Shown: piece after piece, positions 14,197-27,872 of the stretch | Layout of the letters: each line of letters starts with the position of its first letter | How positions within the stretch are numbered: the stretch's first letter is position 1 | Program-made: the position numbers and the translations under genes | The notes under the pieces: model-generated | Told to the model about the DNA's origin: nothing | The model's input: only the letters and a program-made list of their open reading frames with translations | Database searches by the model: none | Assembly (NCBI GenBank): GCA_051294375.1 | Contig: CM119264.1 | Location: forward strand, 24,034,002-24,098,001 | Direction: 5' to 3' | DNA: 64,000 bases | Origin: Paraspadella gotoi | Taxonomy: Eukaryota > Animalia > Chaetognatha

Positions 14197-15034
14197 GGCG
14201 TTGTTAAGTGTCACAAATGGATCGTTCAAAATCGATTCGGGTTAAGAATGGGCATTTTTTATCTTTGTATAAAAACAAGTGTTAACAAAGCAACGTAATA
14301 AATAATTATAAAAATATAAATATAAGTTACAAACGACTTGGTGGTTCCTTTGTAAACCAAAAGGAAGGGTTTTAAGTTCATAAAGATGTTGGAATAAGTT
14401 AGGGTCTTTTGTTTTTTTTTATAAGGCACAATCATTTCTCAAGCCGCCGGCGGAATCGGATCCATCCACGACGAACGCTCCTAGCGGGGAGAAAAAGAAA
14501 CTGTAAAAAACAAAAATGAGAGCGTATTAAATAGGATTTAAAAAAAAAATGTTTTGCCGTTTAATTTTATTGGTCTCAAGTCAATTTAAGTAAAAATCGT
14601 CACAATTTACAGAGTCGAAAACACTAAGTACAATTAAATTCAATGTTGTTGTCCGAAACCGAGATATATTACGTCCTATGTACAATTATCAATGTCAACT
14701 GAATACAAGTTAATGGAGGGTTATATATTGAAATTTAATACCGGTATCGTTTTAAAAGTGTCGAATATGTATAATTGCATGAAGATGTTAAAATCGGTCA
14801 AGAAATTATCTTGTGCAAAAGTTTGACGTCAAAGAGATACAAACATATAGCGAAAAAACTCCTGAAAACGCATGCTGGAGTCTAAAAACAAATATCTATC
14901 GAAGAGAACATTTCTCAAAAGTTTTTTTGTTTTTATCTAAAAAAAATCGTAGTCTAGTGACGTCAGCGGTTGAGAATCGAGTGACGTCAAAGCGGTCCGT
15001 GACGAGTCAATTCTCGTGTCGCGTCGTCCGGGCG

Positions 15035-18000
15035 TCAATCTCTGTCCATCGTGGTCCGCGGTCTTTTGTGGTCGGATTCGCCGGAGTGACCTTCTTCCGC
15101 TTCGATAACCTGCGTCGAGGAAACTAGCGTCACCATCGTCACTTGGCAACGGACGCACAGGGTAACATCTCTCTCAGCAATCTTTATTCCTTCGCAACAT
15201 TGCTCCAATTCCATGATCATGCCATTGCATACAAAGTTACGAACACATCGGAATGAAAGGTGAGAGATAAATTTAATTTGGTTAAATTTTTTCGTCATGC
15301 GTAATAAAAGATAATGTCAAAAACAAGTCTGTTGGCAACTTTGGTACAAGTTTCCCAAAACTACACCAGAGTGAAACAATAGCTTCATATTATAATATGA
15401 CCAGAACACGTTCCGAGACAACACTACTGGACCAAATTTTTTTAAATTTGGTAAGAACGATCCCTATGTGAATACAAATAGAACTATCGAGGCGAATTTC
15501 AATATTTGACCCCTGAGCCGATATACGGGCCCCCTGGGGGGGTCACCTATTGGGGCAAAAAATGGTCAAAAATATATTTTTTTTTTTCATCATTTATGCA
15601 TCTTCAAACCATGCTTAATTATTGAAAGTTTATCAATTTTAGTTTTAAATGTTTTAAATATTTAAATGTTTCTTTTATATTTAAAACGTCAATGCACCTG
15701 ATGATATTAAAAAATTCTACAAAATAAAAATAAAAATTTTAGCTTTTTATGGACCCCCAGGGGTCCACCCCCAAGGCCCTGTATCTCTTGTCAGGGGTTG
15801 AATATCAAAATTCGCCGCGATAGTTCCATTTATATTGTCTTTGAACTCTAAAGGTAAAATTTCATGAAATTCGATCGGGTAGTTTGGTGGGAACATTCTG
15901 GTCACAAAAAAGGGGTACCTCATTTTATAATATGAAGCCTTCTGTATACAAACAAAAATTCAAATATTAGCTTCCACCCTTTTTTCTACAAACTAAACCC
16001 ACTCCCCAGAAACAAGCCCAAAATCTACCTCTTACGTCCATTACCGACTTTGCCCCTCGGGCGACTTCCCACCTTAATCCTGATTCCGGCGATCTCCGCC
16101 CCGTGCAGGGTCTTCCGGCAATCGTCGGCCGCTTTCACGTCGTTGAACTTGGCGTAGCCGTAGTTTTTCCCTGGCAGCGTGAACACGCTGATGAGGTTTC
16201 CGAATCGACAAAAGGCGTCGGTCAATATCGCTTGTGGCAGGGGACGCGGTACGCAGACTATGAATACTCGCGCGGCGTAGTCGCGGCGCGTCACTGTAGG
16301 GATAAACGGAGGAGAATTTTAAGTGGAGGTGGGGGAAAAGAGTGGAAGATAAGTAGGTCAAAAAGGAGCGGCGTCATAAGAGAGGGTTGTGGGCGAAACC
16401 GTCATATACAGGTCGGATTAAGAGAAATGGGATCGGGGTGTATTTTTATAGGCAATAACTGTAAAATGGATATTTGCTCGAGGCCGCGGGCGACAAAGGC
16501 GAAAAGAATTAAGGGTCGATGACGCGGGAAAGAGTTCCGTTCGCTCTCGCTGCTTTTTCAACCTCTATTTTATCCTTTTTCTTTCTTTCTAATATTAGAC
16601 CAGCCCGGTTAATAGGGGAGAACCATCGATTTTGCAACGTCAACGAAAATGAGAAATAGCGAGAGGAGAATGATGATGGAGTCGCCGACGAGGATAATAG
16701 GAAAAGACTGGAAACCTACGACAACCAATCTATTCACTGCAACAAAACAAATTTAGAAAAGACGACGACGACGTAAAAGACGACTGTTGAAGACGACGCT
16801 CACCAGGATCCATCGAAGTGCCTGGGACGATCGGCTGCTTGGGCGGCAGCGGGCAGTTGCAGGGATAAAATGGCGCATCGGAGCCCACACCGCCGCTGAC
16901 GTCCATGAGCTGCTGCTGCTGCGATTCGGGGACGAACTTGGTGACGAGCCGACTTCCTGGGGGATACTCGAACCCGTTGAGCTTATCTTTGGCGTAAGCG
17001 GCCCATTGCAGTGAGGTGAAAGTGGCGTTGGCCGACCCGGCCGAGATCATGTCACAACTTATAGAAATGATGGGAGGCGGGGAGAAGTGAGAGAAATAAT
17101 AAATACCTAAAGTTGCCAGAAAAAATTCAGATTTTAATTTTTTTTTAAATTGGAAATAAAATTGTTTCCAAATAACCTTCATTTGAAGAAGTAACCAAAT
17201 AGAGATCTCACCGATAGAAGGCGGGAAAGAGGTCGCAGAGGAGCGTCAACTGTCGTTCGTCGACCTCTTTCGGGCAGAGGATCCGTATGCAGGTCGACGC
17301 ATCGGGCGGGGTCTGTCGGAAAAACAAATCAAGACAATTTTAATCGATTTTTGCGATCCAATATTCCGATATTTCACGCATTTTCTCCTCAGGGATTTTC
17401 AACTTTGTCGCGATTGAACGTTTAACTGTTACCAATTCAGATTTTAGATTTTATCGATAGCTAACGATATAAATATTATAAGGGCAACTTTAACAATCCA
17501 TTTATACGTATTTGTAGTATTTCTATCTTTACAATTTTTATCTGTCTCAATTTCTTTCGACTATTCCCGGAGAGTTGGCGCAATTCCGACAGTTTTTTTT
17601 TTCCTCTTTCCGGTTTTAAGGAGAGAAAACCATATAAGCAACGTAAAGAACAAGCCGAGATCGTAGAAAACCACTTTAAATAATTTTAATTTTGTTAATT
17701 TTAACCAATTAAAACATTGTATTATTTTACCTTAATTCTACTATATATTTTATATCCATAACGCCTATTATAAAATAACAATTATTATTTTATTCAAATT
17801 TTCAAAAATAATAAAAAAACTGACCGACCGACTAATATCTTATTCGTGCCATGCGAATGGAAGAAAAAAAAAGATCAGTTGAAAAAGTAGGTCGCGTTGA
17901 AAAGTCGCGCAAGGATGAAGACTGAAAAGCGTAACGTCGTCGTATTTTGACGAGAAATTCTCCACAATGAAATCGACTTCATAAATATTAATGAAAACGA

Positions 18001-19045
18001 CTACTGTGGCGGTATATTCACACCGACTCACGTCCCCAATCGTTCAGCCAATACCATTGGCTCAGAGGGGGAACGTGCCATCCCAGGCGTTGCGTTCCAT
18101 CCAGTCCTAACGACTTCCCTCTGCATTGTCAAAGCGAGACCGTCCTAGTGTAACCGCGCCAGTGACTGGAGGCGTCACTGAGGGTTGGAAGCGCCCAAAG
18201 CCAACAGTGAGATGCCCCATCCCAATGGGCATCACAGGCAACCCGGCCATACTACAGCACTTTAATTACTATGGCGACAGGAAAATAATGGCAGGGTCGC
18301 TTTACCTTCGCAATTGGGATGTAATTTTATTCCACCACCAATCCTGAACTTGTACGGTAGTATCAGTGTTTTTTTTTCACCTAGCTGCATCTCCATCAGT
18401 CCTAATGACCTTCTATTTACCCACCTGGATCATCGGCATCTGCGGCTGCTGCATTCCCGCCCCAAATTGGGAGCCCATGTTAGTCCAGGGGCCCGAGCCG
18501 CCGCTGGCCATTAGACCCGTATTTCCGAAGGAATAGTCGTTGGGAGCGTGATTAGAGCCGCCTGGAGGAGCCGCGCTTGGGGAACGACTAGGTTTGGAGG
18601 CGAAGACCGGCTTGAAGGAGGGTTCGCACTCTTCCAAGGCGCGTGCAGCCTCGTAGAATCTGAGTACAGAGGTAGCAGAAAGGAGCATCGCTTTTTTCGC
18701 TGTTGCTTACTAGTAAAACTTATGGCTTATGAAAATGACTAGGAGTAGTTTCATCAGCTTCACTTTTTAAACAAAGCAACTGACTTTCCGAAACCAACGA
18801 AAGTTTAAAAGGTTTCTCCGTTTTATTTATGCTGGACACAAAAGCTTCGACCGCCGTTGAATTATTCATTAACTCCGATTTTTTTCCCCTCCTTCTCCGA
18901 ACCCATCACCTTAGAAAATCCGTAAATAACTTGGAGGTCGAAAAAACAAACGAACCATTTTAAGAGTTACCTAACGAAAAAATAAATTAAGCCTAATAAT
19001 AACCAAAAAGAGGGGCACGACGTTTGACTATATACCCCTCTTTTT

Positions 19046-19101
<56 letters not shown>

Positions 19102-20920
19102 CTGAAAAACTTGACAAACGCGACGCCCTTGGACTTGTTGGTCGCCTTGTCACGAATGATGGTCACGTACTCGACGGGACCGAACTTAGCGAAGTGCTCC
19201 TTGATTTCATCCTACAGTTGAAGGGGAAAATAAGAGGAAGAGGCGGGTGTAAAAAGCTAAGGGATTGAGAGTGAGCTGCCAGACATTGCAATGACGCCAA
19301 CGAACCTGCGAGTATTCAGGTGGGGTCTTTATGTACAGCCTGACAAGCTCTTCGTGGGTGATCTCCTCTTTGTTGCCGCCGACCTGAGTGGCGACCATCA
19401 CCTTCAGGGGCGACGACCCGCTGGCTATCATCTGAAAATGGGGGCGGGGGAAAGAGCTTTTTTTTGGAAGGAACTCGATCATCTTGATTAGTGTCATTCG
19501 TTTCGGAAACATTTTTTAAAAAACCTCGTAAACCTGCCGATGAAGGGCAGATAATTTTCTTTTTAAAAGCGAGTAAAAAACTACCCTCCCCACTGTTACG
19601 AACAGCCCACCTTCCCGTTGAGCTCCTCGATGGCCTTGGCCGCCTGTGATGCCTTGGAGTACTTGACGTAAGAAACGCCGGAGTGAGAGTCGCGCTTGTT
19701 CGGCGTCACGTAGACGTCCTCAACGACGCCGTGAGGTGCAAAAGCCTGGCGGAGATCCTCCTGGCCGAGGTCCCGCCCGTGGATGACGAAGAGGCGGCTG
19801 TGCATGGGCAGGTCGCGAGAGGTCCGTTTAGGACCACGTTCTGCACAGGAGGAAGTGTACACGACGAAAAAAGGAACGCATTAGGAAAATTATGAAAACA
19901 ATCTTTAAATTTAGATTATAATAAATTTAAAAATCTTTATTGAAATTAATTTCAACAACGATTTTATTTTCATGGAGAAAAAACGAACATGTTTCGGCTT
20001 TTAATGCAATCCTTCATCAACATCAATTTGATTTGTGAAATATCAGACAAAATTTGTGCAAAGGAAGGGTGGAGGGGGAGAGAGAGGGGGAGAGAGATAG
20101 AGAGAGAGAGAGGGCAAAGTTTCTCGCCAAACAGAAAAAAAAAAAAAAAAAAAAACTATCACAAAAAATTAATTAAAATGATCCATCGCTCATTATGACA
20201 TGTAATGAATTGAATGATATGAATCTAATGAAATGAATAAAATGAAATTAATTGAATGAATGAATGAAAAAAAATTTAATGAATTGATGTAGGAGAGATA
20301 AAGAGATAGAAAATGAAAGAAATCAATGATTTAAATTTTTAACATCTTTTGATTGTACGCTTTTACAAGAATCAATCGTAATTCGCAAAAAAAAGCGTCA
20401 AGACGACGACGACGACGATTAAGAAGCAATAGTAAACAATTATCCCGCCCAAGATGGGCCTCAACCCGTCTGGCGAAATTAAAAAATGTCATCAATCCAA
20501 ATTTTAAAAAAATTAAAGAGTTGAATTATAATTACAGGGACTTCAATCTGGACTGATACGAAAAAACTTGTAATATAATTGAAATGAAAAGCATTCAGGT
20601 TATAAATTGTTTTATAATAATTGAAAAAATATTTGACTTTTTCCCCAATTCATAACATTCTAACATTTTCCTCAGAGGGTAAATTTCTGAAGAAGCATTT
20701 TTTACTTTAAATTTCAGCTTGGGGGATGACTTTGTTGATAAATAATCGTTATCATAATAAATAAGTTTTCCAATTAATAAATATTATAAAAATAATATAC
20801 ATTAAAAGAATTACGAGTTTAATCAAATATTTTCGTATCGCTCCAGATTGAAGTCCCTGTATAAATGGAAACGAACCCAGAGGTCCTTGAGACTGATAAA
20901 AGCTTTCGCTTCCGCCACCT

Positions 20921-20954
<34 letters not shown>

Positions 20955-21063
20955 GATAATAACTGTCGGCCCCATTGCCCATGCCGAACCCCCCGCCACC
21001 ACCGCCGTAAGATCCGTAATCCGGCTCTGGAGATCCGTGGTAACCTCGAGACAAGTAAGACAT
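15035..21063 (-). CDS. RBM45: RNA-binding protein 45-like, paralogue B (multi-exon)
   Basis: DLPMHSRLFVI, GVSYVKYSKASQAAKAIEE, LRFYEAARALEEC, GFEYPPGSRLVTKF, RFGNLISVFTLPGKNYGYAKF, ends DHKRPRTTMDRD*. Confidence 0.9.
15377..15944. mobile_element. MITE (fold-back DNA element), copy 1
   Basis: GCTTCATATTATAA / TTATAATATGAAGC termini plus long internal inverted arms; homologous to 41104-41606. Confidence 0.7.
18005..18251 (+). mobile_element. Solo LTR of the twister-bearing element (RBM45-B intron)
   Basis: TGTGGC...GCCATA flanked by 4-bp TSD CTAC (18001-18004 / 18252-18255); colinear with the LTRs at 45617 and 46106. Confidence 0.88.
18125..18205 (+). ncRNA. Diverged twister-ribozyme-like motif in the solo LTR
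   Basis: GCGAGACCG-TCCTAGTG-T^AACCGCGCC-AGTGAC/GTCACT-GAGGGTTGGAAGCGCCC; substitutions in P1, P4 and P5; T1 kept through a G.U pair. Confidence 0.55.
19941..20120 (-). mobile_element. Diverged Penelope-like pLTR fragment with decayed hammerhead
   Basis: Aligns with 6625-6785; core reads UUGAUGA...AAGCCGAAACAUGUU. Confidence 0.6.
20390..20485 (+). mobile_element. Helitron/Helentron-like 3'-hairpin element
   Basis: (GAC)n, AAGAAGCAATA, hairpin CGCCCAAGATGGGCCTCAACCCGTCTGGCG, then an A-rich end. Confidence 0.55.
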
Positions 21064-23848
21064 GATAGCTGCGTTTGGTATCTTGTCGTCAGTTAATTCT
21101 ACACAGTTGATTCTCGGCAGTTGATCAGAGTTTTCACACAAAATTTGTTTACTTTCGTCGAAATATAAGGGAATGAGATCTGCGATTAAATTGTTAGAAT
21201 ATCAAGTAGATGACAAGGAACAAGTAAAGCTAGAGCTTTAATCTAGAGATACAAATTGAGAGAATAATTTTTTTTCATATATATATAATTTTTTTTGGAG
21301 AAACGTAACATTTTCAATAAATAAGTGCGTTTCACAGTAACACTCATATGAAAAAATTTAAAAAAGTCGAATGTCCAGGTTAAGAATGACACCCATCAGC
21401 ATACATCAATGACTAATTCTCGATTGAAAATAAAAAAGAAGGAAAAAACGATTAGCACGATGATTAGGGATGTTCACAATTTAAATCAAGACAACTGAAA
21501 TAATAAGGCCAACATAGAGAAGGCGAAAAGTTAGATTCAAAGATTCTGTCAGCCTAATTCCTAAATAAAACTGACAGACGGAGAATTTATCATACTTGAC
21601 ACAACGTTTACCGTATAATTTTTTTTACGTAATCTAAAAATAGGTTCAACGGAACAAAATTGTTTGAAAATAAAGATTGATGTACGCTTCACTAATCTAA
21701 CTTTATTTAAATAAATTACACTGATGAAGTCATATTATTAGAATTTTATGAATTTTTAAAATTTCCGTTCTTTTAAATTTTAAAATTTTGAAATATTTAA
21801 CGTAAAATTGACAAAAAGAAAATATATATCCCAGTGGTGCATAGTTGTTTCAACATGACCTATCAATGTAATCTGGTCCACGCCTGTGTTCAGACTTATG
21901 ACACAGACCATAATTATTATGTTATCAAGGAACTTAGTTAGCACAAATTCAATCATTAAATCGATATCACATTGTCACAAGATAATGCTTTATTCACGAT
22001 TGTTCACGATAATAGATATTAACAAAAGCACCAAATACAAAATTAGAATTACTGTTAGTGTTTACTGGCTCCTTAAGAACAACTTGACTCGGTCAACCGA
22101 GGAAAAAAATAATGACAAATTTTATAAATATATTATTATTATCACTAATAACATTAAATATATTTAATTTGAATAAATCTAATAAAATCTTAGGTAATAA
22201 CCAAAATTTGTGTATTTAGGTAAAATATTATTAAAGGGGAAGCTTGAATATGTTATAAACCTAACTTTAAAAAATACCGTAAGAATCGTAATAAAATCCA
22301 GTAATGTTCTATTACAGAAATAAGGAAATGAGAGAATATTATTTACCATTTTATGATAGTACGAGTTACAGAGGCGCAAATTATTCGTCTTAATTCATTG
22401 TGCTTGCTTTTCTTTATCTTGCAATTTTAAATAATGAATAGAGATTAATAAATTATAGATTATGAAACTGTTACGGCGAGAATCTCACTGTCAACTTGTG
22501 CTTGAAGAACGATATTAATAAAGAAAACCACGTTATGGCTATTATAAACAGAGATTAGACAATATTTGTTCCGTATAAATAATATTCAGAGACCAAGGTG
22601 TGTAAAAAGTAAAAAATAAATATTACCAAAAATAAATAATTTGTGTGTCTAAATTGTAGAGCAAGGAAGGACCGATAAATCCCAGGAACCGTTCTCTTTT
22701 ATTGTAAATCAAAAGCAGAGTGAATTTCCTCGCGAAACCATCTTAGTTAAAAGGGGATTTTCCTTTCGCGACATTTGTAAAGAAAATTACTTTTTCCCCC
22801 ATACCATTAATTTCCAGCCTCACGATAATGTATAAAAGTTAGAATAGGCTGAAACACGAAAGATCAAAATTCTCTTTTAAATAATAATCCATTCCTTACT
22901 CATTGGCAAAGGATATGCGGCGAACACGAAATAAATAGGTCACAGTCGTAGTAAAATAAACGTAAATATTTAGTTAAAATATAAAAGTTTAAAATTAAAA
23001 AAAAAAGCTGATATTAGAAAATAAAATATAAAAGAAAAGAAATTGAGATCAATATGCATACGACGGAAAATGCGGCTTCCGCGAGTTTCGCGCCTGAAGA
23101 CTAGTTGAGTGAGGGTGGCGTCTGTAAATATCAAATGCCGTAATGCCGCGCTGAAGTGGCTTCTTCACAAAGAACGCCGTTTCTTTACTGCGTAATACAG
23201 TCGATACATCCTTGCGTAACTTATTTGTATTACGAGTAAAAATTCCTTGGTTGTTGTGCAAAGGAACGCCTACTAATAGTCACCGGAGGATAAATTTTAA
23301 AAATAATTTTTTTTAATTTATTATTATTTTGTGAAATTGAGCAAAGTATAATTAAACCTATACAAATAAATCTCACTCGGTTTATGACTGATCAGAAATT
23401 GAAGGGCCGGGGGATACTAAGAAAACTGCATAGTGGAGGAGTGAATTCAATTTTTTCGGGTTTTGTTTGTATGAAAATATATCAGGTTTAAATTCATTAC
23501 TACGAATTAACAATGGGATCGTATACAAAAATTGTGAGATCGAACTAAGAGGGAATGGCTTTTTATAAGAGTAAAACGTTACTAAAATCTTTATGAACAA
23601 AAAAACAAAACAAAAAATTCTACCTGAAATGGTGGGTATAAGGGAGGGCGGTGAAATTTCGAAAAAACTTATATAAACGGTTGTACTACAAAAATTATAT
23701 AAAAAACTACCATAAATAATCTATGACAAGCCACATAATCAAAATGAAAAACCCAACCATGATATATTCATTACCCCCCCTTCCATTATATAACCCCAAC
23801 CCAAATCGAGCCACCCTTTTCCAAGACTATACCGCCTTCTCCCCCGAA

Positions 23849-25239
23849 TTAAGAGGCGTCCCTGATGAGTGAGACGCGATAAAAGTAATTCCTCCAAAAC
23901 TCTTCCTCTTTGATTCTGGCCGGGACTAACTTGAACCGGACGTCCCTCAGCCGCTGGTCCGCCTCCAGCGTCGCCATGGCGACCGGGTGTGTGGCATCGT
24001 AGTCGAAGGCGAACGCGGCACCGCCGGGTGGAGGGCGGAGAAAGTTCTTTTCGTCAGCGGAAAGCGCAAGGATCTGTTCCTTGACGCGGGTCTCGTTGGC
24101 GGCGCCGGCCCAGGGGAGGGCGGCGCCCTGAGTCGTCCCAGCGTCCTCGCCGCTTCCGGCGGGCGGGACGATGGGGTCGGGAATTTCTTCGTCCTCGGTT
24201 CCGTCCCTTCGGCCGACTTTTGACTCGACCGTTTTCTTGATCTTGGTGGCGCCGGCCGTCACCGCGCCGGCCGCGCTAGCCGCACCGGCACCGACTGCAC
24301 CGGCAGCGGCGCTGGCTGCACCGGCGGCGCTCGCGGCTCCCGAACTCACCTTCGACGTGACGCCCTTCACGCCGCCGAATAAGAAGCTACCCCACTCTTT
24401 CGCCTTCGTTCCAACCTTGGGGCCGAAGGGAAAATAAAATTTCAGTCACCAGGTTCTTCCAATAGTCAACTATTTCTTCACCAATTATTTCATATTATGG
24501 TCCTCGATCAATCCCTTCCATGTCGCTTTCCCTCCGCCTCACCTCGGCGATCTTCTCCCTTCCGGCCGCGGCGGCGCCGCCGCTCGAATTTCCTGCCGAG
24601 GGACTGACGGGACTAACTGGCGCGGCGCCGTTGGCCGTGGCATTGGGGGCGCCATTGGCGCCTCCTCCGCTTCCTGGCGCAGACGCGGCGTCGATCGCTT
24701 CCTTTAGACTCGCCGTCTCTGAGACAGGGGAATCCGCGCCGCTGGTGGCTCCACTGCTGGCCACCGATGCTCTGGAAAGCAAGGAGAGGTGGAGGGTTAA
24801 CTTTCTGTGTTATTAGTTCTTAGTTATTATGATTGCTGTTAGGACCTTGCCGCATTGGCCATAAAACAATGGGAGGGGTTTGTTAAAATTTTACAATTTT
24901 AAACTATATTGATATAATCACACCGCCTCGAAGTGATACTGATATTCTTTGAAAAAGACACAAAATCAAAGTACTGCATGTCAATTTCTGGAGGCCGCCA
25001 AATTTCACTGCTCCCCAAAAGAACAACCTATCATCCTCGTCGTCGCCCTTTGATGGCGGCGGGGGTCTAGGAGGGTTTTTGGCGTTGGCCGCCGCCTCCA
25101 GGGCGTCGAGCTCGTCGTCCTCGTCCTTGGCCCCGCCCACGCCTCCCATGGGATTAGGAATGGTGGGCATGGTATCCTTGGCCGCCTTGACCCCGGCCCC
25201 GATGAACCCCGTCACGCCCGTGGAAAGCGCGTTGAACAT
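23849..25239 (-). CDS. SYAP1: BSD-domain protein, synapse-associated protein 1 / Sap47-like (multi-exon)
   Basis: LPWAG...VKEQILALSADEKNFLRPPP...DQRLRDVRFKLVPARIKEEEFWRNYFYRVSLI. Confidence 0.88.
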
Positions 25240-27872
25240 GATCTCTCCTAGTTTGCGTAGGGCGCAGAGAGAGAGGCGTTTGAAGGCGCAGAAAGGGCGC
25301 GGGGGTGGTTGAAAATTTTTGGGGGCACGCTCTGTTAAAGCGAGTTTTGAATTTTGATGCGAACGTTCTTACAATTGGCGGCTGTAGCCGCGGCGGGACG
25401 AGCGAAGGAGTCGCGTTAGTCAGAGGTTATAATTATTATTTAATATTTTTTTTTTCTATTTTATGCGGTTAAACGGTAGTTGCTCTTTAAATTCGCGGAT
25501 AGACTGAAGGATGTGTTTCGGGCGACACTTGGAAGATCCGATTTTTTTCTCCGATTCCTTGTCTAAATTACGCGGCGTAAGGGCAACACTGAGCGAGAGG
25601 CCAATTTACTTTCTATTTTTTTCATATACTAGTAATAAACGGCCCCGAGGAGGTTAATAGGTTATTTCGTAGCTATTTTAAGTTTTGAAAAAGAACAAAA
25701 ATGTTAGAACGTCCGACGAGTTTTATTCTTCGTGTTTTTTCTGCTTTAGTAGTTTTATTTTTTTAATTACTTATTGGTCTTTTATGTTAAACACTTATCA
25801 CTGTTTACGATGAAAAGTCGGCCGGTAGGGACTAGATGTGTGAAAGACGGTTTCGGTGAGACACACACTTTTTATACTTTAAACGTTTTGTCAAGCTGGC
25901 ACTCCACGAGAGATAAAGAATCGACGGTTAATAAATCGATCCTTTTTAATGCTCGTGACCACGTTTTCATTCCTTTAACGCGGCAAGCAAATTTATACTC
26001 TTTAGAATTGATATATATTTAAATTTTCTCTTGATATTCAAATGATTTAAATTAACGGCAACGATTCGGGTTGTGGGGGGGACGAGTTGGTTGCTCTGTT
26101 TTTCCGTCCGACGTTGAAGCTGTTATCTCGATATTTTTATATGCAAACTGTTCTTTTATTAATTTTAAAGTCACAAGCCAAAATCTGAGAAATTCAAAAG
26201 AAGGGGAAAAGGGGAGCAGCAATGAGCACTCATAATCTAAAATCAAGATCGTGCAAAGATAGCAATGATAACATGACGTCAAAAACGTTTTCCCACGTCG
26301 ACGTTTGATGGGACTAAAGAGCGTCCCTTGATGAGGCACGGAGACGATGCCCGCAAAAAAAAAATCTCCAAGGGTTAAAACGAGAGTCGATTATGAGGGC
26401 GCGTCAACATATTTCCGCCGGACGGAGACTGCGCGTGCGGGGATCTGCGCTCGCGAGACCGCGCGCGTGATCCGCGTGCGCCGGCGAGCGAGAAAGATTT
26501 TTTAAAAAATATATATATAAAGCATCTTCTTTTATTCACGATGCGAAAGTTGTTTTTTATTTTATTAAATACGAGGACGCCCCCGACAAGACGCACGTGC
26601 GAAGATATGGTAATCCCCCACCCCGCCTCCCAAACGCGTTGACCTTGCGCCAAGAGGAAACCGGGGGAACCGAAAAAAAAAGGGGGAAAAGACGCAAGAA
26701 CGAGAGAGCGAAAGCGAGAGTTACCATATTGCCGCGGTCGGTTTCGAAGGGGATGCCAAAAACATGCGCGAGGACGTTACGACACCAAAGGCGGTCGACC
26801 CGTTTGTTCGATTTCACGAGCGGGGGAGGGACAGGGGCCGAGCGAGTGGGCAAGGAGAGAACGTCGCGGAGAGATTTCTAGGGATTTCGCCGTTTCCGAT
26901 CGCGCACGAAAGCCACGGTGAATTTCCCCTTGAGGCAATCGACTTTTTTTTTCTGTAGGGGTTGGGTGTGGGGAGGGGGACCTGAGTTTGCGCCTGAAGG
27001 GAATGGTATACTAGGAAATGGGGAGGCAATAGAGAGAAGGCGAAGATATAAAAAGGACCGCGAGAATGATGCAGCAGCAGAGTGAGCAGTAGCCGGGAAG
27101 CCGCTCTTTCGGCGCAGCAGAGAAAATAGTGCTCGCTTGGCAGCTGAAGATAGAGATAATGTGTGCACACACTCTGGAGACTGATAGACAGATTTCGGGA
27201 ACTGCAAACAAAAGTCTCCCGCACAGGAATCACGAAGGCTTATATCTACTTTATCTTTGTCTTAATAATTGTTGTTTAATACTAACTAAAATTACGCGTG
27301 ATTTTAGTATTGTTTAACTTTACAGTTAGTCTTGCGTACAACTAAATAACTTTGAATTTTTGAGAGAGCGCTAAATTGTCTATAAACAATACAGAATGGC
27401 AGAAAGTTTTAACACAGACTTCGGATTTCTAGAGCTTTATTTCTAAGACGTGTGCCAACGAATTTGGCTTAAGAGATGAACCTTAAAATATAAATATAAA
27501 ATATAAAACCTCAATACGAACATATTTAAAATGTAAATTAAGAATGACTAGTGATTAAGTTATTCGTAAAAGGCAGGGCGAATTCCAGGAGCGAAAAGTA
27601 ATTTTTTATTTACTTTTTTTTATTAACGAACGTTGTTATTTTGGTTAATATTTCTTAATAATTGCAATAAAAATAAATGCAATTAGCATTCTTTAAATCA
27701 CAATTTTCCCATAGTTCGCATATAGTCAAAGCGATCACCAAATTCATTCACCAAGGCACAAAGAAATAAATTGGTACGCAAAACACAATTACACATACAC
27801 TCATATAATTTTCACACGTGGAACACTTCAGCCGGACCGGTCCCACGACCATGACCACACACTTGGCAACCT

